Positions 19,699-28,075 of a DNA stretch of 54,237 nt are shown here, one piece after another. Source of the DNA: Spirochaetota bacterium (GTDB lineage Bacteria; Spirochaetota; Spirochaetia; Treponematales; UBA12059); contig JAKPMS010000010.1 of NCBI GenBank assembly GCA_029548805.1, forward strand, positions 1-54,237. Direction: 5' to 3'. The position numbers were made by a program, and so were the translations under genes. The stretch's first letter is position 1. Every line of letters starts with the position of its first letter. The notes beneath the pieces are model-generated. The model did not search any database and was not told where the DNA came from. It saw only the letters and a program-made list of their open reading frames with translations.

Positions 19699-20520
19699 AT
19701 GTTGACAACAGCATTGCAGGAGTATTTTTACCCGATAGATAACCCAAAAGTTGTTTTTGATGATCAGGGGCTTATTGTTGTGGCAAAACCCGCAGGAATG
19801 CATTGCAGCCCCGCGTCCAGGCAAGGCACGCTATGCCATTGGCTGTATTCGCAAGACCCGGAACCGGCATTGGTGCAAGGGCATTCAAAAGACGAGGGGG
19901 GCCTTCTTCACAGACTGGATGCTGCAACTTCCGGCTTGGTAGCTTTTGCCAGGAACGACAGCTCTTTTGCGTTCATGAAGGCTGCACAGGCCAATGGTTT
20001 GTTTTCAAAACATTATTATGCCATGGCAAAACCGGAAAATTATGGTTTGACCGGCTCTGTTCCCGTTTTGGCTATACCTTTGAACAGTTCCGGGTCAGAA
20101 TGGGCCAGGATCTTGCGCAACTGCGACATGGAAAAAATGGCAAGACTGCTGAATGGAGCCAAAATAACAAGCTGTTTCAGGCCCTTTGGCCCGGGAGCAA
20201 AAAGGGTGGCCTGTGCGCAAGCGGGCATAAAATTGCCTGGAGGAAAAGCCTGGGGCAAGACTGTTTATGAAAGCAGGATACTCAACACCGTAGTCTACGA
20301 CAAATACATGTTTCTGGAATTAAGCCTGGAAAAAGGCTACAGACACCAGCTTCGGGCCCATATGGCCTGGCTGGGGCTGCCTTTGCTAGGCGACAGCTTG
20401 TATGGTGAAGGCTTCCAGTCAGAAAAAGAACAGCTCTTTTCAGCTTCTCTTTACTTAAGGGCGTGCAAACTGGTTTTTCCTTCCCCTGTTGATGGTAAAA
20501 AAATTAGCATTGAAATTTGA
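19699..20520 (+). CDS. RluA-family pseudouridine synthase
   Basis: Catalytic HRLDAATSGL motif and RluA-like size. Confidence 0.8.
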   Translation: MLTTALQEYFYPIDNPKVVFDDQGLIVVAKPAGMHCSPASRQGTLCHWLYSQDPEPALVQGHSKDEGGLLHRLDAATSGLVAFARNDSSFAFMKAAQANGLFSKHYYAMAKPENYGLTGSVPVLAIPLNSSGSEWARILRNCDMEKMARLLNGAKITSCFRPFGPGAKRVACAQAGIKLPGGKAWGKTVYESRILNTVVYDKYMFLELSLEKGYRHQLRAHMAWLGLPLLGDSLYGEGFQSEKEQLFSASLYLRACKLVFPSPVDGKKISIEI

Positions 20521-20585
20521 CTTTTGACGCTTTTTTTATGCTTGAGCTTGCCAACAAGGGCAATGGCATATAGGATTATAATTGT

Positions 20586-22298
20586 ATGTCAAAAGAAACC
20601 ACTTTTGAGACTCTGGCACTGGAACTAAGCCCGGCAGAAAGAATGGACTTGCTGGACCGGCTTAAAAAAACATGTGTCGTATCCACCGAGCCCATGAATA
20701 AAAACGTTGGCAGGAAGAAAGTACAGATTGATTACAATGCTGTTTTTTTGTCATTGGGTTTTGTTGCCAGATTGCTCATTACTATCAAATCCATTTTCAG
20801 CAGGACGAGCAGGGATGAACTTGTCAAAGGCAAGATCATAAAGGAACTGGTAAAAAGCATTGATACGGACAGCCCCGGACTGATAGAAGGAAAAAGCAAA
20901 AGCCTTTCGGAAGTCTTTTACAGGGAGCTTTACAACTTGCGCACTGCAGCGCGTTATTTTTACGATATCCTTGACAAGACTCTGGAAAAAAACCGCATGG
21001 CCTTTTTTGCATTTCTTGCATCGCTGGAACTGGAAGATATTCATAGCGAACTTGCCAATGAAGCAGATCCGTACAGTTTTGCAGAAATGAACGAAGCTGC
21101 CAGCGATTCAGACATAAGAGTTGCGGTTTATTCGGCAATGGAGCAGGCTTTTGCCAAAATTGATGAAGAGAAACGCAAACATATTTATTACGATGTGCGA
21201 AGCCTGCATATTCTTAAAAAGCTGTCTGGATTTTTGTTTGACAGACTCTTGGGTTCTTTTGAAACCAGCCAGGCAGGTTTAAAAACTGTCCAAATGTACA
21301 GTGTACAGGAGCAGTTAGCCGAGCTATGTTCCATAGTCAGTTCGCTGGACCAGCCGCCATCCCGAAACCTGATGGAAGCCATTATAGGTTTTGCCCTTAA
21401 TGATGAAATCGGAAAAGAGAATTTCAATCTTGACGAGGCCGTGTCAGTAAATATTGCTGATGCGGAAAAGGCGCTGTCGGCAATACGAAACTTCAACGAC
21501 AAAGTCCCTTTGGAGTCCTTGCTCAAAATTGCCCATGATGATCCGGATTGGCAATGTTCCTCCAGTGGAGGGGGAGAAGACTGGTATGCCATTTACAAAA
21601 GCTATTGGAAGGACAGAATTGACAAGCGCTATCACAATCTTGTTTCTGAAAGGCGCCTCAAAGAGCTGGAGTCGGAAATAGAAAAACTGGTAGGCAGCCA
21701 AAAGCAGAGCTGGTTTATAAACCTGTCACAAAGCGGAAGCGAAACAAAAATTCCACTCAGATTGGCAAGTGCATTGTATTTTCTGGAAGCTTTTTATCAT
21801 CATTGTTTTTTGGTAGAACTGAACCGCTCGTTCAAACTGGTATTGCTTGAAGGCGAGTTTTACAGAAGAGATAACCGCCTTGATTTTACAGATGCCTATA
21901 ATGAACTTTTGCAGACCGGAGACAAGCTGAAACGCCTGGATTCCAGATTGGCTGCCAATGGCGAACTGGGTATGGCATATATACAGGCCAAGACTGAACT
22001 CAGTTCGGTATCCAGCAAACAGCGCAAAATTGAAGCAAGCATCAGGGCAGCAGAAAATGAGGCAGAAGCCTTGTTAACCAAATCAACTTTGGCTATAAAA
22101 AAGATGCTGGAAATTCTGGACGGCATTTTGGCAAGGGATATAAGGGGCCGCTTTGACTCTTTGTCCAATCTTGGCCAGATAGAAGGCAAGGCCAACAAGG
22201 ATTTTTTAAAAGGGCTTGAAGCAAGCAGGCTAAAGCTTGACAAAGCCGTGTACCTGATTGCAGAGCTTGTTAAAACTTCCTTGGGCAGCAAAATATGA
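20586..22298 (+). CDS. Hypothetical, largely helical/coiled-coil protein
   Basis: 570-aa ORF, first in a chain of overlapping genes. No motif recognised. Confidence 0.55.
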   Translation: MSKETTFETLALELSPAERMDLLDRLKKTCVVSTEPMNKNVGRKKVQIDYNAVFLSLGFVARLLITIKSIFSRTSRDELVKGKIIKELVKSIDTDSPGLIEGKSKSLSEVFYRELYNLRTAARYFYDILDKTLEKNRMAFFAFLASLELEDIHSELANEADPYSFAEMNEAASDSDIRVAVYSAMEQAFAKIDEEKRKHIYYDVRSLHILKKLSGFLFDRLLGSFETSQAGLKTVQMYSVQEQLAELCSIVSSLDQPPSRNLMEAIIGFALNDEIGKENFNLDEAVSVNIADAEKALSAIRNFNDKVPLESLLKIAHDDPDWQCSSSGGGEDWYAIYKSYWKDRIDKRYHNLVSERRLKELESEIEKLVGSQKQSWFINLSQSGSETKIPLRLASALYFLEAFYHHCFLVELNRSFKLVLLEGEFYRRDNRLDFTDAYNELLQTGDKLKRLDSRLAANGELGMAYIQAKTELSSVSSKQRKIEASIRAAENEAEALLTKSTLAIKKMLEILDGILARDIRGRFDSLSNLGQIEGKANKDFLKGLEASRLKLDKAVYLIAELVKTSLGSKI

Positions 22299-23038
22299 CA
22301 AAAGAAACCAGAGAAGAAAGCCTGGCCGGCAGCCTGGTTATGGGCTTTGGAAGCGCTGAGCCTACAGCGTTTATAAGCCTAGCATCCATGGGCGACATGG
22401 GCTTTGGCAATGAGAAAAACAGGGACAGGCGGCAAAAGTGGCTAAAAAGCCTTGACATTGATCCGGATTTTGCTGCCAGCGTGGACCTGGTGCACTCAAG
22501 AAGAGTAGTAGAAGCAGCTAGCCCCGACTCTTGCCTGGGAGTGGAGGCTGATGGTTTGTGCGCGGCTTACCCTGACAAAAGCGGAGCTACACGCTCCTTG
22601 ATCATAACAGTAGCTGACTGCATGCCCATTTTTATACTGGACCGCAACAGCGGAGCTATAGGCCTTTTGCATTCTGGTTGGGCGGGTACAGGAATTTTGG
22701 GCGAAGCAGCTAGCTTTATGGCCAGGCGTTACGGCACAAAAGCAGCAGATCTTGCTGCCATATTTGGACCATGCATAGGCCCATGCTGTTACATGGTGGA
22801 TGAGGCACGGGCTTCTGTTTTTGAAAACGAGTTTGGCTCTACTGCCGTTGTACGGAGCATGGATAAAACCTTTTTGGACTTGAGGGCTGCCAATAATACA
22901 ATTGCAGACAAGCTGGGCCTGGGCACTGTAATACAAGCACCATTCTGCACTTGTTGCGACGAACGCTTTGGCTCATACAGGCGGCAGGGAGCCGCATCCT
23001 TTACCCGTATGGCTGCCGTGCTGGCTTACAAACAATGA
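22295..23038 (+). CDS. pgeF: YfiH/PgeF (DUF152) family purine nucleoside phosphorylase / peptidoglycan editing factor
   Basis: HSGWAG and C..C....FGSYRR motifs, with an ATGA overlap onto the upstream gene. Confidence 0.8.
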   Translation: MTKETREESLAGSLVMGFGSAEPTAFISLASMGDMGFGNEKNRDRRQKWLKSLDIDPDFAASVDLVHSRRVVEAASPDSCLGVEADGLCAAYPDKSGATRSLIITVADCMPIFILDRNSGAIGLLHSGWAGTGILGEAASFMARRYGTKAADLAAIFGPCIGPCCYMVDEARASVFENEFGSTAVVRSMDKTFLDLRAANNTIADKLGLGTVIQAPFCTCCDERFGSYRRQGAASFTRMAAVLAYKQ

Positions 23039-24330
23039 AGTGTTTAAAGCCTGCTTTTGCGGTTTTGTTGTGTTTGTCAGCGACTGCCCTATATGCAGAA
23101 GAAAAGCCTGCGCTCTATAGCGCTATTCCTGACAGGATTATTATCAGCGAGCGCTCGGATTTCTCCAAATATGAAGGCGGCCGTTATATTGGGCATGTAT
23201 ATCGCGAAGCCAGGGTTGACATAAGGACGGTATCTGTCCTCGAAAACAGCATTGCTTACGAAGGGGACGCAATTGTATATGAAGAAACCCTTCGTGACCA
23301 AAGAAGCGCTGCCAAACTGGTGGACGATGTGCTGCCCATAGCTTTTACTATAGACAGCATTGGTAGCATGGATTTCAGTATAGATAAAGCCTATCCCATT
23401 TTGCGATCCATGCCCAAGCCTGTTCCCAAGGATGCAGTACCCGGAGACCGTTGGACCGGAGACGGAATTGTGGTTGTAAGGCCCAGGCCCGGCTTCCCGG
23501 CTACGAGGATAGCCGTACTAGCCGAATACCAATATCTTGGCCCGTCCAGCTATGCAGGGAAGGCAGCCCAAGCCATAAAGGCCCGTTATGCCATTCGTTA
23601 CAAAGGCAATGACAGGCTTGGAGATCTTGACATGAAATCTGCCAGCGGAGGCAGGACAGCAGACTTTCTGCTGGATGCGGAAAACGGCTCCGCCTTGTTT
23701 GTAAGAGAAAGCATTGACGAAAGCTATTCTTATACAGATGTACCTGACATAAGGCTTAAGGGCTTTATACTCCACTTTTACAGTAACAGCCTGCCCCAAG
23801 ATCAATTGAGGATAGCCAGACTTATAGATCCCTTGACTCAAAAGGACATGCTTGGCCTGGAAGGCAGCCTGCCAGGCCAAACGGATTTGCCCAATTCCAT
23901 AACTGTTCCCGAGCCGCCAACAGGAAAAGACCATTTTGTACCAGAGCCTTCGGAAGCCCTGCCCTTTGAGCTGGCAAGAGGCAACAAAGGCCTCGTGCTT
24001 CTGCTTTTTGACCTAAGGTTTATAGCTGACAGCGAGCAGCTATTGTCATCAGAAAAAGGCAGGCTGGACTCAATTGCAGATGCGTTAAAAAAGCTGCCTG
24101 ACAAAAACTTTCTTGTAGAAGGGCATACTGCAGAGCTTGGCAGGGCTGCCGGGCAGCTGGAACTGTCCAGACAAAGGGCCAAAAAAATTGTGGACGAATT
24201 GATAGCCCGGGGTATAGACCCAGGCCGGCTTGTTTACAGAGGCCTTGGAGCTGATAAGCCCATAGCCTCAAATGAAAGCGAAGAAGGAAAAGCACGTAAT
24301 CGCAGAGTAGAAATAACCATCCTGGACTAA
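23035..24330 (+). CDS. OmpA-domain protein
   Basis: I prefer the start at 23035 (MKCLKPAFAVLL..., ATGA overlap). The C-terminus carries an OmpA-like peptidoglycan-binding domain (FLVEGHT...NRRVEITIL). Confidence 0.75.
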   Translation: MKCLKPAFAVLLCLSATALYAEEKPALYSAIPDRIIISERSDFSKYEGGRYIGHVYREARVDIRTVSVLENSIAYEGDAIVYEETLRDQRSAAKLVDDVLPIAFTIDSIGSMDFSIDKAYPILRSMPKPVPKDAVPGDRWTGDGIVVVRPRPGFPATRIAVLAEYQYLGPSSYAGKAAQAIKARYAIRYKGNDRLGDLDMKSASGGRTADFLLDAENGSALFVRESIDESYSYTDVPDIRLKGFILHFYSNSLPQDQLRIARLIDPLTQKDMLGLEGSLPGQTDLPNSITVPEPPTGKDHFVPEPSEALPFELARGNKGLVLLLFDLRFIADSEQLLSSEKGRLDSIADALKKLPDKNFLVEGHTAELGRAAGQLELSRQRAKKIVDELIARGIDPGRLVYRGLGADKPIASNESEEGKARNRRVEITILD

Positions 24331-24372
24331 AATTAACTTGAATTAGCATGACAAAGGGTTTACAGTAGCCGG

Positions 24373-24984
24373 ATGACCAGAAAAGAATATCTGCGTTACC
24401 TTTTCAGAAGCCCTTTTGGCTTTGTTTTAATGGTTTTGTCTTTGCTTGCCGGCTTTTTTGGCGGAATAAAGCTTGGCTTTTTAGCTGCTTTTGCATCTGG
24501 CTTTGGCATGTTTGCATTTGTTTTTATACTGGCTTCCGTTTCGGGCTTGGGTTCCCGCTTGGCTGTAAAAGAACAGGAAGCCGGGCACTGGGTAGAAACA
24601 AAAAAGGCTCTTCTTAAAACAAAAGAGGCAAGAAAGAAACTGGCCAGCCTGCGTTTTCCCGATCCGGATGTTCAGGAACTTTTGCAATTGGCCGCCATGA
24701 AGGGCTTGTCCTACCTGTCAGCCTGCGAAAGCGCAAAAACAAGAGAGCCGCGCGCCTGCAACGCTTTGTCAGAATGTCTTGAAATAAGCGATATGTATTT
24801 GCATGAGCTGGACGGCAGCTCGACAGAAAAACGCTTTAATATTGCCGACCAGGATCCTTTTCTGGATGCAAAGCATAGAACCCTGAATGCCCTGAAAGAA
24901 CGCATAAAGATAATAGACGAGGCCATTACTTTGTTGCGGGGAGGGCTCCCGTCCATGCGGATGGAAATAAAGGAAACTTTATGA
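24373..24984 (+). CDS. Hypothetical membrane protein (two N-terminal TM helices plus a helical soluble domain)
   Basis: 203-aa ORF whose stop overlaps the next start (ATGA). There is no strong RBS at 24373, so the start is uncertain. Confidence 0.6.
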   Translation: MTRKEYLRYLFRSPFGFVLMVLSLLAGFFGGIKLGFLAAFASGFGMFAFVFILASVSGLGSRLAVKEQEAGHWVETKKALLKTKEARKKLASLRFPDPDVQELLQLAAMKGLSYLSACESAKTREPRACNALSECLEISDMYLHELDGSSTEKRFNIADQDPFLDAKHRTLNALKERIKIIDEAITLLRGGLPSMRMEIKETL

Positions 24985-26714
24985 AAGGCAAAAAACATAA
25001 GCATTTCAGCCAGAACGCTGCCGCTGCCATATTTGTTTTGGCCATGCTGTTTCTGGCCAAAAATACAGCTGCAGCCCTGTCAACCGATCTTGAATCCGTT
25101 GACATAACTGTCAACCTGAGAAAAGACGCCAAGGCAGAAGTTTACTACAGCATCAAATGGCGCACCCTGTCCGGTACCATGAGCGGCTTTTATTTTGAGG
25201 GAGAGGCCTTTAAGCCTGTGTGGAATCCTTCCGCTTGCTACGCTGATCTTGATAATGGCAGTCGTGTTCCGCTTGAAATTATAGAAATGAAAGGCAACAA
25301 CAAGTATGACATAATACTTGCAGGCGGAAAGCGTTTTTCGGGCAGTGCATACTATTTTCTGAATTATGCCGGAGACTTTTCGGAAAACGGGCTGATTGGA
25401 TACACAAAGCACCCCGAGCATGGAGAGTTGGAGTTTTTTGACTGGGCGCCTGTTGAATGGGATGAGGAGCTTGACTACAGGGCTGTGCGCATTGTCTTTC
25501 CAGTAAAAGTATCCGGAGAAGTTTTAAGCAAAGAAGAAAAAGCAAATTTGCCATTGCGCACAGAAGACTGGGTAAACGCAGACAACAAAATTGATTACTA
25601 TGGCTCCCCTGGCAGTGACGGCTATTATTTGACCCTGCTTTTTTACCAGGACAAACCCGCTGCTTATGCCAGCCAAAGACTGCTTTTTTATTTTCCCCGC
25701 GGCTTTTTGGGCTTTGATGCAGAGCTGTATGAATACAGCTTTTCTTATTCCGAAGATGATATTCCTGACGACGAATACTTGGCTAACAATAGCTATTCCA
25801 ACGATTACGATAAAAAACCAGATGTTAAAGCGGCCAGGGCATGGGCAGCAAAACCCGCGGCAGCCTTTGCAGTTTTTACTGCAGTAATTGTCTTTTCCAT
25901 CCTGCTGTATCTCAGGCGTTTCAGACAGCACCAAAAAAACATAGAAGCTGTCAAGGCTATAGCTTGGGCAGGGGATTCCTGGATCCCGCCAAAACTGTAC
26001 ACGGGAAGCTATCAGGTGGAAGGTAAAATAGCAGAAAACCTGCACCCTGTAGAAGCAGCTATACTCCTGGAATTGTCCTTTCCTAGAATTGTTTCCATAA
26101 TGATGGAAGGCTTGAGCGCCCAGGGGATTATTCAAATGGAGCGAGAAGACCCTCTTAAAATTTCCATTGTTTCCGAGAAAAAAGCAGTGGACCCAATGGA
26201 AGAACGGTTTTTGGCCTCTTTCGACTCAAACGGAGAAGTCATGCCGGGCCTCTTGGCAGACTTTTTTGACCAGCTGATAGCTGAGCTGCAGGAAAAAATA
26301 TGGGATTGCGATATAGAAGCCACCAAGGCATATTACAAAAACAAGCTTTTGAGCAGCCGGGAAGAAGCCGAAAAAACCATGAGCATGGAAAACGATGAAC
26401 TTCGGGCTTATTACAGCAGAAACAGAGACCGTATTTACTGGCATAGTTATAATATAATAACGGCCAATCCGCAGCGCTTTGGCGGAATCTCCTTGCCAAA
26501 AGGCATGCAGGGCTCTTTTACCGACTTCATGCGCTCCGCATCCTGTTATTCCGGCTGTTTTTCTCCTGCAAAGGCGGTGTCCACCGTGGATGCTTGCCAC
26601 TCGGCCTGCCATAATGCCTGCCACGATGCTTGCCATTCGGCCTGTCATTCCGCTTGCCACTCGGCCTGCCATTCCGCTTGCCACTCGGCCTGTGTTTCCG
26701 GGAGTTCGCACTGA
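24981..26714 (+). CDS. Bitopic membrane protein with a DUF2207-like ectodomain and a cytoplasmic C-terminal CXXX-repeat (C-H-x-A) tail
   Basis: Signal/anchor at aa 14-33 and a TM at about aa 292-311, followed by RRFRQHQK (positive-inside). The LHPVEAAILLE...GLSAQGII block resembles DUF2207. The C-terminus reads CYSGCFSP...ACHSACHNACHDACHSACHSACHSACHSACHSACVSGSSH. Confidence 0.75.
   Translation: MKGKKHKHFSQNAAAAIFVLAMLFLAKNTAAALSTDLESVDITVNLRKDAKAEVYYSIKWRTLSGTMSGFYFEGEAFKPVWNPSACYADLDNGSRVPLEIIEMKGNNKYDIILAGGKRFSGSAYYFLNYAGDFSENGLIGYTKHPEHGELEFFDWAPVEWDEELDYRAVRIVFPVKVSGEVLSKEEKANLPLRTEDWVNADNKIDYYGSPGSDGYYLTLLFYQDKPAAYASQRLLFYFPRGFLGFDAELYEYSFSYSEDDIPDDEYLANNSYSNDYDKKPDVKAARAWAAKPAAAFAVFTAVIVFSILLYLRRFRQHQKNIEAVKAIAWAGDSWIPPKLYTGSYQVEGKIAENLHPVEAAILLELSFPRIVSIMMEGLSAQGIIQMEREDPLKISIVSEKKAVDPMEERFLASFDSNGEVMPGLLADFFDQLIAELQEKIWDCDIEATKAYYKNKLLSSREEAEKTMSMENDELRAYYSRNRDRIYWHSYNIITANPQRFGGISLPKGMQGSFTDFMRSASCYSGCFSPAKAVSTVDACHSACHNACHDACHSACHSACHSACHSACHSACVSGSSH
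26595..26702 (+). repeat. Nine tandem 12-nt coding repeats (TGY-CAY-NNN-GCN) with a 24-nt higher-order unit
   Basis: Read directly: units start at 26595, 26607, ... 26691. TGCCACTCGGCC alternates with TGCCATTCCGCT, and the last unit is degenerate (TGTGTTTCCGGG). Confidence 0.95.
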
Positions 26715-28060
26715 TGTCTGCTGAATTGAAAGATAAACTGGACAGTCTGGACTGGATATACTCCTTCTGGAACAGCTTGTCTCCCTATGCCTATGCAAGG
26801 GCAGAAGACGATGTGGTTATTTTGCCTCCCAACCTGGTATATAAAACCAACCGTAGCGGCGTGCAAATACTGGACTTCTTGTCCAAAGGCGGCAGGCTGA
26901 AGGATATACCGGGTTTTGATTACCAAAAAGCCTGTCAGGTTGAAAGCTTTTTCCTGTCCCTTAAAGCAGCATACGAAGGCGACTCTTCCGGTCTTGAAAA
27001 AGTAAAGTACGATTTTTGTTTTACAAAGCTTCCTGTCCTTGGAGAAATAGCGCTGACCTATCGCTGCAACAACCGTTGCCGTTTCTGTTATGCCGGCTGC
27101 GGAGATGATGAACTCAATTACTGCAATATAAAAGCAAATGAGTGCCCTGAGCTTGATACAGATGGCTTTAAAAAAATAATAGATGTTTTTAAAAACGAAG
27201 CCAAAATTCCGTTTTTCTCATTTACTGGCGGCGAACCTTTGTTAAGAACTGATCTAGAAGAACTGGCAGCTTATGCATGCTCTTTGGGCTTAAGGGTAAA
27301 TTTGGTCAGCAATGGCAGACTTGCAAACCCGGAACGAGCTGCTTCTATCTTTGCTTCCGGCATAAAAACAGCCCAGGTAAGCCTGGAAGCTCCAACGGCA
27401 GAATTGCATGACTATTTATGTGATGCTCCCGGAGCTTTTGACGATACCGTAGCCGGTATAAAAGCCATGCTGGACGCAGGCATAGCTGTACAGACCAATT
27501 CCACCCTCACCAGCGCCAACCGGGCTGCATTGCTGGATTTGCCATCCTTTGTGGCCAGCCTGGGCGTCAGGCGTATTTCCATGAACCTTTTTATTCCGGT
27601 GGGCAGCGGGGCTTCTGAGCAAAAGCTTGTAGTGCCCTATAAAGAAGCAGGCAGCTTTATTGACAAGGCAAGACAGAAGGCAATGCAGGCGGGGCTTGAG
27701 TTTTTCTGGTATTCGCCCATTCCCATGTGCATTTACAACCCTGTAGCCAGGGGGCTTGGAAACAAAAGCTGCGCTGCCTGCGACGGGCTATTGTCTGTGG
27801 CACCGGACGGCGGGCTGTTGCCTTGTTCTTCCTGGCCTGAACCAGTAGGCAATATATTAAAGGACGGATTTACAAAACTATGGTTTTCTGAAAAGGCTTC
27901 CTGGTTCAAGAACAAGCTGTATGCGCCGGAGCCTTGCAAAAGCTGTTCTGCGTTCAGCGCCTGCCAGGCCGCCTGCCCCCTGTACTGGAACAGCATGGGC
28001 TGCGCGGAACTTAAAGACAAAAAAGCCCGGAAAAACAAGTGGCTTGACACAGCAGTATGA
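26714..28060 (+). CDS. Radical SAM/SPASM-domain enzyme with an N-terminal PqqD/RRE-like region (peptide-maturase architecture)
   Basis: I prefer the start at 26714 (MSAELKDKLD), which overlaps the upstream stop as TGATG. CX3CX2C is CNNRCRFC at 27065-27088. The C-terminus has CAACDGLLSVAPDGGLLPC plus CKSCSAFSACQAAC (CX2CX5CX3C). Confidence 0.88.
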   Translation: MSAELKDKLDSLDWIYSFWNSLSPYAYARAEDDVVILPPNLVYKTNRSGVQILDFLSKGGRLKDIPGFDYQKACQVESFFLSLKAAYEGDSSGLEKVKYDFCFTKLPVLGEIALTYRCNNRCRFCYAGCGDDELNYCNIKANECPELDTDGFKKIIDVFKNEAKIPFFSFTGGEPLLRTDLEELAAYACSLGLRVNLVSNGRLANPERAASIFASGIKTAQVSLEAPTAELHDYLCDAPGAFDDTVAGIKAMLDAGIAVQTNSTLTSANRAALLDLPSFVASLGVRRISMNLFIPVGSGASEQKLVVPYKEAGSFIDKARQKAMQAGLEFFWYSPIPMCIYNPVARGLGNKSCAACDGLLSVAPDGGLLPCSSWPEPVGNILKDGFTKLWFSEKASWFKNKLYAPEPCKSCSAFSACQAACPLYWNSMGCAELKDKKARKNKWLDTAV

Positions 28061-28075
28061 CAAGGAGGAACGGCA

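Noticed and set aside
26505-26714. Possible internal start (Met509 at 26505 or Met517 at 26529) that would yield a stand-alone 60-70 aa CXXX precursor peptide of typical RiPP size.
   Set aside because: No Shine-Dalgarno-like sequence lies at a proper distance from either ATG, and the frame is continuous with the large protein. I keep it only as an alternative to test by proteomics or Ribo-seq.
26479-26926. Several alternative-frame and antisense ORFs cross the 12-nt repeat. Examples are 26479-26724 (...ATRPAIPLATRPV...), the N-terminal 28 aa of 26630-28060 (MPFGLSFRLPLGLPFRLPLGL...), 26645-26926 minus (...EWQAEWQAEWQAE) and 26226-26798 minus (...GRVASGMAGRVASGMTG...).
   Set aside because: They are open only because a 12-nt periodic sequence lacks stops in several frames. 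Their repeats are frame-shifted images of CHSA. The CHSA frame is continuous with a 520-aa upstream protein, and the rSAM gene has a clean coupled ATG at 26714.
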